Below the pieces are notes generated by a model that did no database searches, had not been told where the DNA came from, and was given only the letters and a program-made list of their open reading frames with translations. This document shows positions 1 to 13,575 of a DNA stretch of 64,000 bases, one piece after another. The translations under genes and the position numbers were made by a program. Source of the stretch: Prorocentrum cordatum (taxonomy: Eukaryota); the NCBI GenBank assembly GCA_963575745.1, contig CAUYUJ010000192.1, positions 372,001 to 436,000 of the forward strand, given 5' to 3'. Positions within the stretch are counted from its first letter, which is position 1. The number at the start of each line of letters is the position of its first letter.

Positions 1-1062
1 GGCTCGAAGACGCACCATGCGACCCGACGCTCGCCCCCCCCCCCCCCCCCCCGACGCCCGGCCCGGCGCCCAAGCCCAACGGCAGCCCGACCAGCAAGGA
101 CGCGGGCCTGGACGAGAAGAGGAAGGGCGCCGCCCACCAGAAAACGCTCTACGAGCACAAGCGTTAGAAAACGACTTGCACGGACGATGGCTGGCCAGGG
201 GCGTTGGTCGCCCTTGAGTGGGGCGCGCGCGACGGCCACGTCGGGGAGACGTGGAGGCGGACGCAGCCGCCCGCGCCAGGGCCAAAGCGCAAGGCGCTCA
301 AGGAGCAGAACGAGCTGGCAAAGCGGCGGGACACGGCATTCGAGAGGGCGGGAATCCCCGCTATCGGCCCCGAGGGGGGCAGGGCAGCGAGCGGGTCAAG
401 GGCAAGGGCAAGATCGCGCGCAAGCCAGCCAAGAGCCAGCAGAGCCCGCGCAAGGCCAAAGCTAAGGCCAAGTCCAGAGCCAAGGCCAAGTCCAAGAGCA
501 AGGTACGCGGCGGCAACTGAGTAGGGAGAGATCATTTGCAATTCAATTTGAACAAGGCGATGACTGTGGGCGGCCAGCATCACGGAAAACCACAAGTTCT
601 CGAGCGCCTGACCCAGGCGGCGGCGAAGCGGATTTCGCCGGGACCCATGGGGAATGAGTCGGGGCAACTGCCGGTCAGACTGCCCCCCCCGGCGTGCGGA
701 CTAGGAGCTGAATTAGGGGGCCCTCGCTGCCAGTGCGGCACACCTTGGCCTGGGAAATGCCTTGAGGTTTCCTCGGGGCTCAGTTGGCCGCGATCATTGC
801 GGCGCGCGTTGCGCAGAAATCGACCGCAGCCGTCGTCATCGTTCGTCGTCGCCGTCGTCGTCACCCAGAAGCGCGCGGCGCTCAGTCTCCTCACCTCCAA
901 ACGCTTGCCGCTCTCACCCACCCCCCCCGCGCTCTACCTCGCCCAAGCGCGCTGCGCAGCAAAAAAAATGCAATACAAATGGCAGGGGTGGGATGGGCGA
1001 GGGCAGCTGCAACCGCCCGGCCGCCCGACCGCCCGACGACATCGCAAGGACACCTCGGCCGC

Positions 1063-1504
1063 CCCGTAACGCCCCGATAACACCCCGATAACACCCCGCG
1101 CGATCGCCCGATAACACCCCGATAACACTTCGATGGCGACGCGATAACACCCCGAGAACACCCCCGATAACACTCGATAGCAATGTTATCGACATGTTAT
1201 CGAGGTGCTATCGAGGTGCTGTTGAGTGTTATCGATTGTTACCAAGCTCGATATTCTCGATAACATCTCGGTAACGCTGCTACCGAGTGGTATCGAGCTC
1301 GAGAACACTCGGTAGCAGTGTTATCGAAACGCTATCGAGTGCTACCGAAGTGTTATCGAGTGGTATCGAGCTCGGCAACACTCGATAGCACTCGATAACC
1401 CCATCGGTAGCACCTCGATAACAGTTCGATAACATTGCTATCGAGTGGTTATCGGGAGTGTTCTCGGGGTGTTATCGAAGTGCTATCGGGGTGTTATCGG
1501 GCGG
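1063..1504. repeat. Foldback minisatellite built from ~11-12 bp GATAACAC/GTGTTATC units
   Basis: Left part repeats ccccgataacac; right part repeats the reverse complement ggggtgttatcg; orientations are mixed in the middle. Confidence 0.8.
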
Positions 1505-2892
1505 TTGCGCTTTCGTTTGCCTAGCGTCCAAGCTGTCGCTGAGCTGTCGCTGCGCTGCCGCTGCGCTGCCGCAGAAGCGCGCGAGCGCCTGCCGCGCGGC
1601 CGTCGCGCCAGGAGGCCGCTGCTGCGCAGCTGTCGCATCAGAGGCCCCGTGGCGGGCGTCGCATCAGAGGCCTTCCGCAAATCGCCGCATGGTTCGGTTA
1701 ACGACGTCTCTCGAAGCGGCAACGACATCGCACTCGGCCCTGAACGTGTTCGCGGCCCCCTCTGTTGCCATCTGGCAGCGCTGACACGCTTCGGCCGCTC
1801 GGCCCCTGCTTCCGCGCAGCTCAAGCAGCATGTCCATCTCCACCCTGGCCGCGCCCCTCAGCCCCTGAGCACCGATGATGGGTTGCAGCGCTCCGTCATC
1901 TCGGCCGACCTGCAGGCTCGGAGCGGGGGTACTTCTCGTGTCTCGACGTCGACTGGCTACCTCACCGACCGCAGAGGTCAGCCGCTGGATCTGATCGTTC
2001 ATCCCATCATTATCCTTGCTCTTGTCCTTGTCCTTGTTCTTGTAGCCCTTGCCGCTGCCCTTGTCTTCGTCGTTGCCCCTGCCCCGAACGCCTTGGAGGG
2101 GATCGCTGGCCCTGCTTCTTGACCTGCGCCGACGTGGGGGCACGGGGATCTGCTGCTCCGCGCGCCCTCGGGGGCTGCTTCTTGATGGCGGGGGAAGTTT
2201 GGCGGATTTGGGGCAGGGTTGGCCTTCTCGCGCTGCCTATGTATACCTCTCTGCCATTGTAACTATCCAACTCTATCTCTGAATCCACCTCCTCATCCAA
2301 GATCAGGCTCGTCGGTTCGTCGCTCAGGTCATGGTGACTACGCATCACCAAGTGATGTTTGGCACAACACAGACGCGGATCTCGACTCTGGCACGACCAA
2401 GCTTTCACCTTGCCCCGCGAAGACGCCGCGCATTCATCACTCCTCGGGCACGCACATACTCTCCACCAATGACGCACGCACCCTTGGTCGCCATCTTCAC
2501 GGTCCAACCAGGCGTTCTCCTCGTTCTTCTCGGGGGGAAAACGAGCCATGGCGCCTGCTGCCACGGTCGCCTCGGCCGCCGCTCGAGCGGCGCAAACTTC
2601 TGCCCTGCGCGGGCGGGTTGCTTGAATCCTTCAAACGGCTAAAGCGCCACGCGCTCTGGGAGGCGCAGCGTAAATCGCTTTGGGCGGCGCGAGATGTTTT
2701 GGGTAGGCGGCGATATATTCGACGCAAATAATAAGTCGCATGCGGTAAACTATGCGTTGGTAACTAATCTTGACCGCCTTGAAGCTGTCCTCTCCACTGC
2801 TCGTGCAAACATCCCACCCTCCCACCCGCAACTTGGTCGCAAGACATCTTCAGACAAGACCGTGACGGTAGGTACTGCATGGCACTTGGCCA

Positions 2893-3551
2893 CGACACCG
2901 ATGCCGACGACGACAGCGACATCGACGACGACGGCGCCGCCGACAGCGACTGCGACGACACCGACGACATCTCCAATGTTTTCGACGACGACAACGACGA
3001 CGACGACACCGGCGACGACGACAACTACGCCGACGACGACGACGAAGACGACGACGACGTCGCCAACGGAGACGACGACGAGGGAGGAGACAAAACGACG
3101 ACGGCGACAACGACGACAACAACGATGGAGGAGCGAAGACGGCGACGACGCCAACGACGAAGAAGGAGGAAGGACGGCGACGCCGACGACGACAAAAACG
3201 AGGGAGGAGGGAAGACGACGACGATGACAAAGACGACGAAGACGATGACGACAGCGACGAAATAGGAGGGGCGACGACGAGACGCCGACGACGGACGACG
3301 ACGACGAGGGAGGAGGACAACGACGAGGGAGGAGTGAAGACCACGACGACGACGACGACGACGGCGACGAAATAGGAGGGACAACGACGAGACGCCGACG
3401 AAGACAACGAGGAACAACGACCACGGCGACAACGACGACGGAAACGACGACGACGCCAAGACGACGACAACGACGACGAGGAAAGACAGAAGACGACGAC
3501 GGCGACGACGACGACGAGGGAGGAGGGAGGCCGACGACGACGACGACGACG
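2893..3551. repeat. Degenerate (ACG)n microsatellite
   Basis: Runs of gacgacgac interspersed with gagg/aag. Confidence 0.9.
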
Positions 3552-4527
3552 CAAGAGCGCGCGCGCAAAATGTTGTTGAAAACCCGTGTTGCGAAACCTT
3601 GTGTTTTTGTGCGTGTTTTTTTTTGCGCACGATTCTAAATCGTTCCGAAACCGAAAGTTTTTGAATGATTTCGGCATGCGCCCGCGACGACGCGCGCGTC
3701 TGCACTTCGCCCCGCTTTTTGCAGAGGATTCTCGCGACGGCACACGCGCAAGGGCGTTCGACAGATTTCGACATGCGCGCGCGCGAAGCCCGTTTGGTAG
3801 CATTTTGTGAAAATCTTGGAAAACCTATGGTTTTCTGAAGATTTCACAAGAGCTCGCGCATAAGTTTTTTTAGCAAATCAGTGTTTCGAAACCATGTGTT
3901 TTTATATATATTTTTTGAAATTCAATTTTGAAATCTCTCCGGAACCGACGGTTTTTGAAGGATTTCGGCATGCGCGCGCCACGACGCGCGCGCGTGCACT
4001 TCGTCCCATTTGTTGCAAGGGATTCGCGAAAAAGTGTTATGTTAGAACAAAACATGTCACCGCATACTGTTTTTCACCAGGGAACCGCAGGGGGGGGGGA
4101 TACCGGCTTGGCTGGGATGGTACGAATTCATATTTAGGATGGACATGTGGTCAGAATCATATGCGATTTGCAACGCGCGCGGGGGGCCCGATAAGTCCGG
4201 GGGGGGGGGGGGGGGTAGAATCTATTACTCTTTTAGAAATGAGAATATACTACAAATGCAGCGCGGAGCGCTGTCTGGTCTAAATGGTAACCACATTCTA
4301 ACGCACAAGCTGTTTCAGCCCCTGCCCCGCAAGCGCACTGCGCTGCCGCAAGACTAGGCCACCCCCAAGCGCACTAACCCCCAAGCGCACTGCGCTGCCG
4401 CAGGGCTAGGCCACCCTCACAAGCGCACTGGGCTGTCCAGCAAGGCCATGGGCCACCCCCGAAGCACAGCGCTCGCTGCGCAGCAAACACTGTCACCACA
4501 CGCGCTCGCGATGTTAGTTTCTTTCCG

Positions 4528-4547
4528 CGTAGCCATTTTGGTGCAAG
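4528..4547 (+). other. Relict dinoflagellate spliced-leader (DinoSL) sequence
   Basis: cgtagccattttggtgcaag versus DinoSL (D)CCGTAGCCATTTTGGCTCAAG: 18/20 identical, including a 14-nt exact run. Confidence 0.75.
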
Positions 4548-4572
4548 GATCGCAGCGCGATGCGCCACGTTG

Positions 4573-4623
<51 letters not shown>

Positions 4624-5764
4624 ATATGGCTCGTCCTTTCCATATCGCCTGGCGGATGGCCGATGCCGCTGGCCAGCGCAGGACTCGCCTCGCTGCGGAG
4701 GCCGCTGCGCAGAAGCAGACCATCAAGGAACTGAAGGCCACGAACAGAAGGCAAGAACGCGTGATCAACCGCATCGCGGACATGGCCGGGGGGCATAGGG
4801 CCGCGGATGGGCAGAGGGCAGGGCCGCGCGAGCAAGAACGGCAGCGGGCAGAGGCCAACGCTCTGCAGCAGGAGCGGCAGAGGCAGGAGGAGCGGCGGCA
4901 GGAGACACTGAGGACGAGGGTGGCTGAGCAGAGGCAATGGGCGGAGATGGCCAACAAACGTTTGGCCGCAGAGGCGCGCGAGAGGGGCGAGGCGCGTCCT
5001 TTTTCGCAGGCGGGCCGGCGGGGCGACCGATGACACGACTGTTGCCCCCGACCTCAATCAGGCGATTGCCGCGGGCGATGGCGGCCGCCATGGAGATGGC
5101 GACCGTCAAGGGGATGGCGACGGCTAAGCCGACGAGGCGCTTGCTGCGGGCGATGGTGGCCGTCAAGGGGGCGATCTCGATATATGCATATATATATATA
5201 TATATGAGTAGGCCGTCGCGGCGGCGACGACGACGACGCAGCGTCGACGAGGGCGAGGGCGACGGCGACGGCGCAGACCCGACGAGGGCGGCAACGACAG
5301 CGACGACGACGACGCTGAATGTTGCAACTTGAATGTAGTGTATATAGTGCCGTGGTCTCCCGGGCGGGCGGCTGTCGGTTGCGTCGCGGCGCAAACCTCG
5401 CGGCCCCGTCGCGGCTAGGGGCGCCTCGCTGGGGCACAGCGCTACGCGCTTGAAGTGCATATTGTCTGGCGCAGCGCTATGCGCTGTAAATGTGCAGCGC
5501 GATGCGCATCAAATGCACGGTCTGGGGCGTGGAGTGCGGGCGCAGCGCTATGCGCTTAAACTGTAGTCTGACGTAGCGCCATGCGCTTATTATGTACAGC
5601 GCTATGCGCTTCAATTGTATGCTCTAGAATCTGGAGGCCAGGCGCAGCGCTATGTGCTGAACATGTATAATCTGAAATCTGGGGCAGTGCGACAGCGCAT
5701 CGCGATTGAGTGATCCTCTTTTTGACGAAAATGCGCTGGCGGCCCGATTCGCGGGCAAGGGCAA

Positions 5765-6950
5765 TTATAATGCATCGGGTGGCTGCTCTACGTCCAGCTC
5801 ATCCAACCGCCCGCCTTGTCGCAATGCCTCCATCCAGCTTCCCCACTGCGCCGTCCACTCGGCGTCGTCTCCATCCGGCTGCAAGGGGTCCTCGGCGCGG
5901 CCAGCGCCGCTCGATGCCACCGCCGCCGCGTTGCTGTCAAGCTGGGGCTTTTCCGGGACGGGCCCCTGTTTTTCCATGGCGGAGCCCAGCTTTTCCAGCA
6001 TTTCATTCTTCTTCCTCAAGACCTGGTCCATCTTCAGCTCCAGCTCGTCCAGTTTTGCCGTCTTCAGCAAAACATGGCCCAGCTCCTTGTCCAGCTCGTG
6101 CGCTTTCTCCGTCTGGGCCAAGACCTGGTCCATCCCATCCATCAAGGCACCAGCCTTGGGGTCATTCGAAGCCTGGTCCACCTTCTGCAGGACGAGCTCC
6201 GTCTTCTCCTCGTTCTTGCTGAAACTGGCGAATAAGCTCTTCATCGCGTCGCCATTCTGCTCAGCCATCGCGCCCACAACAAGCATGAGGCCCACTGGGT
6301 CCACGCTCGGCTCCGCCGCCGCCGCCGCCGCGTTCAAGCCCTAGGACGCCCCCGGTGGGGCGCCTAGCTCGGGTTCCGCCGCTGAGTCGAAGCTGGGCCA
6401 TGAAGCTCCTGATGGCGCCCCTGCGGATGCGATGGCCGCTCCGAGCCCGACTCCTGTTGCCGCCGCTGCGGAGGCGTTGGCCGTTGGGTCTGCTGCTGCC
6501 GCCGCTCCCGCCTCCGCCGCCCCTGCTGCAGCCGCCGCCGCCGCGCTTGCTGGCGCCTCCCCCCTCGGCTCTGCGCCATCCCGCCCTGCGCCGCCGAGGC
6601 CATCATATTCTGGAGAGGTCGGCCCCCCATACATGCCGGACCTCACCACTTTCTCGATCTCGACCTTGATATTTTCTGCCCTCTGGATGTGTTCAAGGTA
6701 CTTCAAATCTCCTTCTCCAATTCTGCCTGTGTGATCAGCAGAATCCAAGTGCCCCTTGGTAACCAGCTTCAACCCGCTGTTCTTCTTCGAGCACAGCGCG
6801 CGCGTCCAATGCGCCGAAACAGTAGCGGGGGGGGGGGGCCGCGTACTTGCGCCGCGGCGCGTTTCGCTTCCCGCCACCTTTGAGTGCCAATATCTCAAGG
6901 CAGTCCGCCTCCGATACCTCATAGTGCTCCTCGCCCCATGTCTGAGCTCC
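5765..6950 (-). pseudogene. Decayed coiled-coil/Ala-rich protein ORF of unknown function
   Basis: ORFs 6341-7186 and 5765-6337 are in the same frame, split by one TAG. Protein-like, GC3-rich segments (GLKLVTKGHLDS...KVEIEKVVRSG; repeated MDQVL..K). The 5' boundary is approximate. Confidence 0.45.
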
Positions 6951-7404
6951 ACTCGGCTCAAGAGCGGCAGCGGCCACCGTCGCTGGCTGGTCCTGCTTCG
7001 CCGGGCGAATCTTCGCGGCTCCAAATGCTCGCGCCTCGGTTGCCGAGGGGGGCGCGGGGAGGTCCACGCGCGAATCAGCTCAGCCCGGGCCCTTGTCGAG
7101 GGGGGGAGGAGACCATCATCGGCATCATCATCGCCATCGTCATCATCGCCATCATCATCACCATCACCACCATCAGCGCCACTCATTCATTCACTCATTA
7201 CGCAGCCATGCGTGCAGCGCGAGGAAGTCTCACGCGGGAGCCCCCTCCCTAAGGGGCACGCGGGTCAGGTTATTAATCTCGCGAGTTATTCTTCCCCTAC
7301 TCGCGGGTAACATTGCATTTCTTCCGTAGACGTCGCGTTTGGCTCAGCCCGCCGACTGCGATTGGCTCGGCACGCGGCCTCGGCAGCGACCTTCGCTGCA
7401 GCGA

Positions 7405-8742
7405 TGGAGGTTCTCGCGGCCCATTCTGGTCAGGCTGACAAAAGCTGTGCTGAGCTGGTGGCATCGCTCAACGCTTGCCCACCTCTACCGCGGGCCCCGA
7501 AACAAGGCAACGCCGCCCACCTTTACCGAGGCCTGCGAGCGCCCCCGCGACGCTCGGACCAGCACCCGAGAGCACGCAGAGCCTGCAGAACAGGAAAGCA
7601 GAGAATTCGATGACGAACGATGCGCTGCGCAAAATCGAAGCCACGATGTCAACGAGGGGAGAATTCACGACTCGAGCCGGTCAGCTGAAGTAGAAGGTGA
7701 AGCCGCAGGACTTCGCGCCTACACCCCTGCAGCAGAAGCTGGCCGAGTAACTGGCCAGTCGCGCACCAGAGGCGCAGGGTGCGAAAGCATGGCGCGAGCC
7801 GTCGAAGCAGGACCCAGTCTCGGAGCAGAAGTGGGCCCACGAGGGCCGGGCGCGCCACCATGACCAGCGGGTGCGGGACGACGAGGCGCAGGGCGGGAAG
7901 CGGGGCGAGCGGTGGGGCGAGGCGCAGGACGAGCGGGGCGAGCAGTGGGACGAGGCGCAGGACGAAAAGGGGGGCGAGCAGTGGGGCGAGGCGCAGGACG
8001 AGAAGTGGGACGAGCAGTGTGGCGAGGCGCAGGGCGAGAAGCGGAAGCAGCAGCATCGTCGGCGGTGCGACGCGGTGGACCCGCGCCAGCAGGCTGACAT
8101 GCAGAAGCGGCCCGCGGACGAAAAGGAGCAGTGGCCCAGCTGGAAGTGGGATGAGGAACAGCAGGCGCAGAAGCAGAAGTGGCCCGCGGACGAGTGGAAG
8201 CATAATCAGCAGTGGCTCCGCTCGGGGTGGGATCATGAGCAGCAGGCGCCGGAGGTCAAGGGGCCCGCGGGCCGCGTGGGCAGCGAGCGGAAGGAGCATG
8301 CCGATGAGCACTTGCAGGTGCCCGTGGACAAGGCCCAGTACTGGGCCTGCGACACAAGAGCAAGCAGATGGCAACCAGGCAGCCAACTGCAAATGCATCC
8401 GAGTGGCAGCGCTGGCATCAGGAGCAGGCTAAGGCGCTTGAGGCTGCAGCCAGATGGCATCGATACCAGGCCTGGCAGGCGACTGGGCAGTGGAACGCGG
8501 CTACACCTTCAAACTTGGAGTGGGTGAGGCAATGGGTCCCTCCAGGCAAGTGGGGGCTATTGCAGGACGGACTTCGCACGGGCGATGCTGAGACATGGGC
8601 GCGTGCGCATGAGCTGATGCGCGCGTGCTGGGCGACGTCTTCGGAGGAAGGTCATCAGGCTGCACAGATGCCGATGATGCCACCGCAGTACCGCGGAGAA
8701 GAAGGCGGCGGGGGAGCCGATGGTGGAGAACAAGCCCAATAA
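7405..8742 (+). pseudogene. Decayed ORF with W/E/Q-rich tandem repeats (EQWDEAQDEK)
   Basis: Protein-like pieces across frames with stops (MTNDALRKIEATMS.., NLEWVRQWVPPGKWGLLQDGL..); ~30-33 bp tandem repeat at about 7878-8040. Confidence 0.35.
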
Positions 8743-9299
8743 CCACGTCAGAAGAAGCAGAGGCAGCAGCGCGGCGGCAGGTTCAATAGGCAAAATTCCA
8801 AGCGTGCCGCGGGCAGACAAGGATGGCCGGCTCAGCTCTTGGCAGAGAACCCCAACCCCCGGAGGCGCATCCAGATGAGGCGCAGCCGTAGGCCTGCCAG
8901 TGACTTAGCGCGCGCGCGCTGTATATACACTGTTTAGCGCCTGCGCTATTAAACGCTCGCTGCGCTGCACTGGAAGGGCGCAGAACAGCAGCGTGGCCTG
9001 CCCAGCGCTTTGCGCTGTAATCCTGACCTCACCCCTCCCGAGCGCACCGCGCTGCACTCGTGAGCTCATGGCGCCTGACAGCGGCGACGAAGAACGGGGT
9101 GGGGAGGAGCGAAGGGGTGGAGGTTATTGAGGAGAGGTCAGGCGCGAGGAAGAGCTGGAGCTCGGAAAAGAGCGCGACGCGCGCGGAATCAGATGATCGG
9201 ATACGAAGGGCCCAGGCTAAGCGCTAAACCTTAAGCGCTGCGGGGAGGTGGGATGACTCACTTTCCCTGCCGGCGGAAAGCAGCGCTAGCGCTATACAT

Positions 9300-11008
9300 G
9301 CTTGCGCAGCGCGGCGCAGGCCAACAGCGGCCCGATCGCTCCGCCAGCATCGCTGACCCCCCGCTTCACTTGCACCCGTCTGAGGCCAACTTCCTCGCCG
9401 CCGACGTCGCCGCGGCCGTCGCCTTGAACGCGCGGCCCTCCGCTTCCCCCCGTCGGAGGCCCTTGCGTTGCATCCCGCCGTTCTTTTTTTCTCGAAATCC
9501 GCACTTGCGTGTTCTCGCGCGAGTGCCCCGCGTCGAACCGAGCCTTGCTGGCCCCCGGACTCGGCTTAGCAGGCGCATGGTGCTTGAGCGACGTGGCAGG
9601 CGTGCGCAAGTTCTGCTAACTCTTCACGGACTCCCCTGGGGTTGCGACCGTCTCGTCCTCATCCCCCGACGCCACTTCAGTCTTCGAGGCGCGCCCATTC
9701 GCTGCATCCGCCTTCCTCTTTGCAGTCGCCTTCTCCTCCTTCTGCGCCTTCGCCTTCGCCTTCGCCTTCGAATTCACCTTCGGCTGCCCGTCCGCCCTCA
9801 CGTCCGCCGTCGCCTCCCTCTCGCCCATGATCCCCAGAAGATCAATCGCAGAAGGCGCTGGCGCTGGCGCAGGGGCAGCAGGGGGCGGCGCAGGCTCGTC
9901 AGCGGCCGCAAGCGGCGGCGCAGGCGCAGCCGCAGGCGGCGGCGCAAGCGCAGCTGCATCAGCGCCCCAGCCGCTCTCATCGGCGCTTGCGTCAGCGAGG
10001 GCGAAGAACTCATCGCTGCGAGACCGCCTCGCGCAGAATTGCGCGCGCCCGTTGTCGATCTGAAGACGGCGTTTGCCGCGCATGGCGCCTCCGAAGGGTG
10101 ACCCGCAGCGCCTGCCGGCAATGGGCGAGAGTCCCCCCGCCATCATTGCATCCGGCAAGCGGTCATGTCAATCCGATTGCCGCTGGAGCTCCCGCGAGAC
10201 GCCGCTCGCCATGTTCTGCAACTGGCGGTCCAGGGCGCCGCCAGGCAAATACGACATTGACACATCAAGTGATGTCGCCCCGTTGCCTCTAGAATTGAAC
10301 GTAGCGGCCATCGCTTCGATCATCGCAGTACCGATGTTGCTCGAAACTGGCAGCACCCCGTCGGCGTAGGCTCGGGCGAAGATCGCAGGGTACTTCTCCT
10401 CGCGCTGCGATGGGGGCGGCGGCTGCGCGGCTACGCGTCGACGACCTCGACGGGGCTTTGCGCCCCCGCGCCCGTGCTTTCCAGGCGCTTTTGAGTGCGT
10501 GAAACGCCTGGGTATTATTCGCCTGGCTGGCGCGCTTTCGTGCCCTCTGTCTGCAGGATCAGGCGCGCCGACAGCATGCGCTTCGCATCCTCCGATGGCG
10601 CCCTCGCCCCCCAGGCCGCCATGCGGTTGCAGAGGGCCTCCCTGACTTCTAGCGGTCGCCCCCGCCGGTTCGACATGGCGCCCCATTCGGCCTCTGTGAA
10701 GTAGCCGAAAACCGCGCTGAAATTCTGCATCGGGTACCGTTTCTTCTTATCCTTCTTCTTGACGGCGGCGTTCCGCGAGTCGACCACTACGGCCAAATCG
10801 CTCGCAGCGAAGCCCACTTGCGATGCGAGCGCCAACAGGTCTGACGCCTCAGTCGAACTCAGGGCGGCCGCCGCCGAGCTCGCATACGATCTGAACGCGT
10901 TCGCCTGGACCTCAGAAGCGGTAGCGCGCGCACTCGCTGGGACCTGCTGCAGAAGCAGCTTTGTCGCCCCATGGCGGGCCTGCAGATCCTTGTTCAGATC
11001 CCCCATGG
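9300..11008 (-). pseudogene. Frameshifted hypothetical protein, probably mobile-element derived
   Basis: Protein-like segments in successive minus frames: MGDLNKDLQARH..QNFSAVFGYFTEAEW..APSEDAKRMLS, then EEKYPAIFARAY..IEAMAATFNSRG, then IDLLGIMGERE..KAKAKAKA. An SL-like relic lies ~85 bp upstream. Confidence 0.5.
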
Positions 11009-11090
11009 CGTCGCGGCCCTCGGCCTGGCTCTGCGGGCCGCGGACGCCGCCCATAACGAGTCGATAGCCCCGCGCGGCAGCGCGTGCGCG

Positions 11091-11106
11091 CTCGAGCCAA
11101 AACGGC
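11091..11106 (-). other. Relict spliced-leader fragment
   Basis: Reverse complement gccgttttggctcgag versus GCCATTTTGGCTCAAG (14/16, both differences A>G), upstream of the ATG at about 11008. Confidence 0.5.
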
Positions 11107-11943
11107 GGCAGCGCGCGCGACAGCGCTTCGCGCTGAAGTGGGCAGCGCTATGCGCTTGTGGGAGTGAGGAGGAGGAGGAGGAGGAGGAGGAGGAGGAGGA
11201 GGAGGAGGAGGAGAGGAAGGAGGAGAAGAGGACAACGCTATGGCGCCTATGCGTGGAAACATGCGCGGGAAACACAACTGGAGCGCAACGCGCTTAATTG
11301 AAATAGAGCGCAGCGCGCTTGAAATCCAGAATGGAGCGCAACGCGCTTCTATACTAGAGCGCAAAGCGCTTCATTGAACTGGATACATGAAAGCACGAAA
11401 CGCATGATTGAATTCAAACTGGACCCGAATGCGCTAGGTTGGAAGGGGCGCGAAGCGCATGCTGCGCAACGCGCTTGGCAAGCGCTGGCATCGCAAAGCG
11501 CTGGGGAGAAACAAATACGTGGGGCAGACAGAACACAACAACATGGAAAAACGTGGCTGACCAAACAATCAATATGTGTTCGCAGCGCGTGCTTTGTAAA
11601 TTGTAAAAAAACAGGAATTAGAGTGGTTGAAGATTTGGGGGAAGTTAGGGGATATAGTGGTTTAACATAGGGGAAGTGAATTTTCTAGAAAAAAACAAGC
11701 CAAACAAATACGAACATATATCTTCCACGACTCCAACCTAACTTCCACAATTTCAACATAACTACCAAAACTAGTCATGAGCATCTCGGATGTGGGCGGG
11801 ACCCCTCGGCCACGTCCCCCGGGGCTTTGGTGGGTCCAGGTGGCGGAAACCCGGTAAAACAAACATTAGGAAAGTAAGGCCCCGGGCTCGCCATGCCCTG
11901 GCGAGGTCCTTGGGAGGGACCCCCCTTGCCACGTCCCCTGGTG

Positions 11944-11979
<36 letters not shown>

Positions 11980-12328
11980 CATACATATATACATAAACAT
12001 ATATAGCCATATACCCAGAACGGTTGTACGTACATGCGTACTAGATACGAAAGAAAGCTTCGGGTCTCGGACATCGTGCTTTCATGGTGCCCTCCTGCCG
12101 CTCCGCGGCCGCTGCCCCCGCCCCCAGCGACGGAGGCACCTCGAGAAAGCGCGACAGGGGCTCGCAGCGGCGCGCGCCGCCTTGGCCACCGGCTTCACCG
12201 GGAACTGCGGCCTCAGGGCCTTCGGCGCCTCGCGGAGCCCGAGCGCGGGGGGCGGCTGCAGAGGGGGGCACCGCGAAGGAGGCCTCTGCTTCCCGACGGC
12301 ACCGACCCACGAGACCCGCAGCGAAGCA

Positions 12329-12535
12329 CTGGGTTACAAGGAGGGGGGCGAGGAGGAGGACGAGGAGGACGAGGAGGAGGACGAGGAGGAGGACGAGGGG
12401 CCTCCCCCTCCCCCTCCTCCTCCTCCTCCTCCTCCTCCTCCTCCTCCTCCTCCTCCTCCTCCTCCTGTCCTCCTCCTCTCTCCTCTCTCCTCCTCCTTCC
12501 TCCTCCTCCTCCTTTTCCTCCTCCTCCTCCTCCTC
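12329..12535. repeat. (GAG)n/(CTC)n foldback repeat with fixed head, copy 1
   Basis: ctgggttacaaggaggggggcgagg-(gag)n-cgaggggcctccccc-(ctc)n; same layout at 13753-13958. Confidence 0.75.
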
Positions 12536-12784
12536 TGCCCAGCTCAGGGGCGGGGAGGCGGGCGGGGGCCGAAGCCCGAGGGAAGAGAGAGAGGCCAGAG
12601 AGAGAGAGCCCGCGGGCGCGCGCGCGCCCCCCCCCGAGGGTGCCAAGTCGGCGAGGGGACGCTCGGTGGACGCAGTCGGATGCCAGGCTGATGCGACTCC
12701 GATCTCCGCAGGTCCTCCGCGCCTTCCCGCCGTGAGCGCCGCCAGAGCCACCCGTGTGCAAAATCTCGACTCGGTGTCTACTAC

Positions 12785-12795
12785 CTCTCCCTCTT

Positions 12796-12844
<49 letters not shown>

Positions 12845-12912
12845 ATATATACATATTCATATATATAGAGAGATATATCGGTATGTCTCTCTCGCTCTCG
12901 CTCTCGCTCTCG

Positions 12913-12971
<59 letters not shown>

Positions 12972-13410
12972 ACGGATGGAAGTATGAACTCTTTACTCTC
13001 TACTCTCTACTACCTAGTTAACTAGTATAGTTATCTCTCTGTCCCTCTGTCTCTCTCTCTCTCTCTCGTCTTCTGATTACCTCTTTCTCTTCCTCTCTCT
13101 CTCTCTCTTTCCCTCTCTCTCTCTCTCCTCAACTCTGCTCTGTGATCGCTGAGATATACTCTTTCTCTCTCACTCTCTCTATATCCCTGTGCGTTTCCGA
13201 CAGTGTTCGCAAGCATGTTCTCGACCTCTCTATCTCACTCACTCTCTCTCTCTGGCTCTCTCTCTACTCCGTCCTTTCCTCTCTCTCTCTCGTTGATACT
13301 ACTCTGCTGAATTAAAGTATATGTATTCTGAACTCGCTCTCCTGTCTAAACAACTCTACTTATCACTCTCTTTCTTTCTCTCTCTCACGCTCTCTGCTAA
13401 CCTCTGCTCT
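12785..13410. repeat. Degenerate (CT)n microsatellite
   Basis: Long ctctct tracts with short (TA)n interruptions. Confidence 0.9.
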
Positions 13411-13575
13411 CTACTCGATGATGCGTACAATCGTGCCTCAACTCCGCTCTGAAATGCCGGGAACCCCGGAACCGGGGACCCGGGAACCTGGGCGCCCAAC
13501 GAGATCGGCCCGGCACTGTCGCCGGAACCGAAGACACCATGCCTCCTGCGCCCTCTACTCGTACTCGGCGCGAGT

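Noticed and set aside
218..520. Lys/Ala-rich basic tail as a histone-like or DVNP protein
   Set aside because: Only a low-complexity KAKAK tail at the window edge, with no diagnostic domain
2694..3803. Asp/Thr/Arg-rich ORFs
   Set aside because: They are (ACG)n repeat translations; the same applies to the GAG/CTC and CAT tract ORFs at 12.0-14.2, 23.6-24.4, 27.3-28.7, 36.1-37.3 and 42.0-43.0 kb
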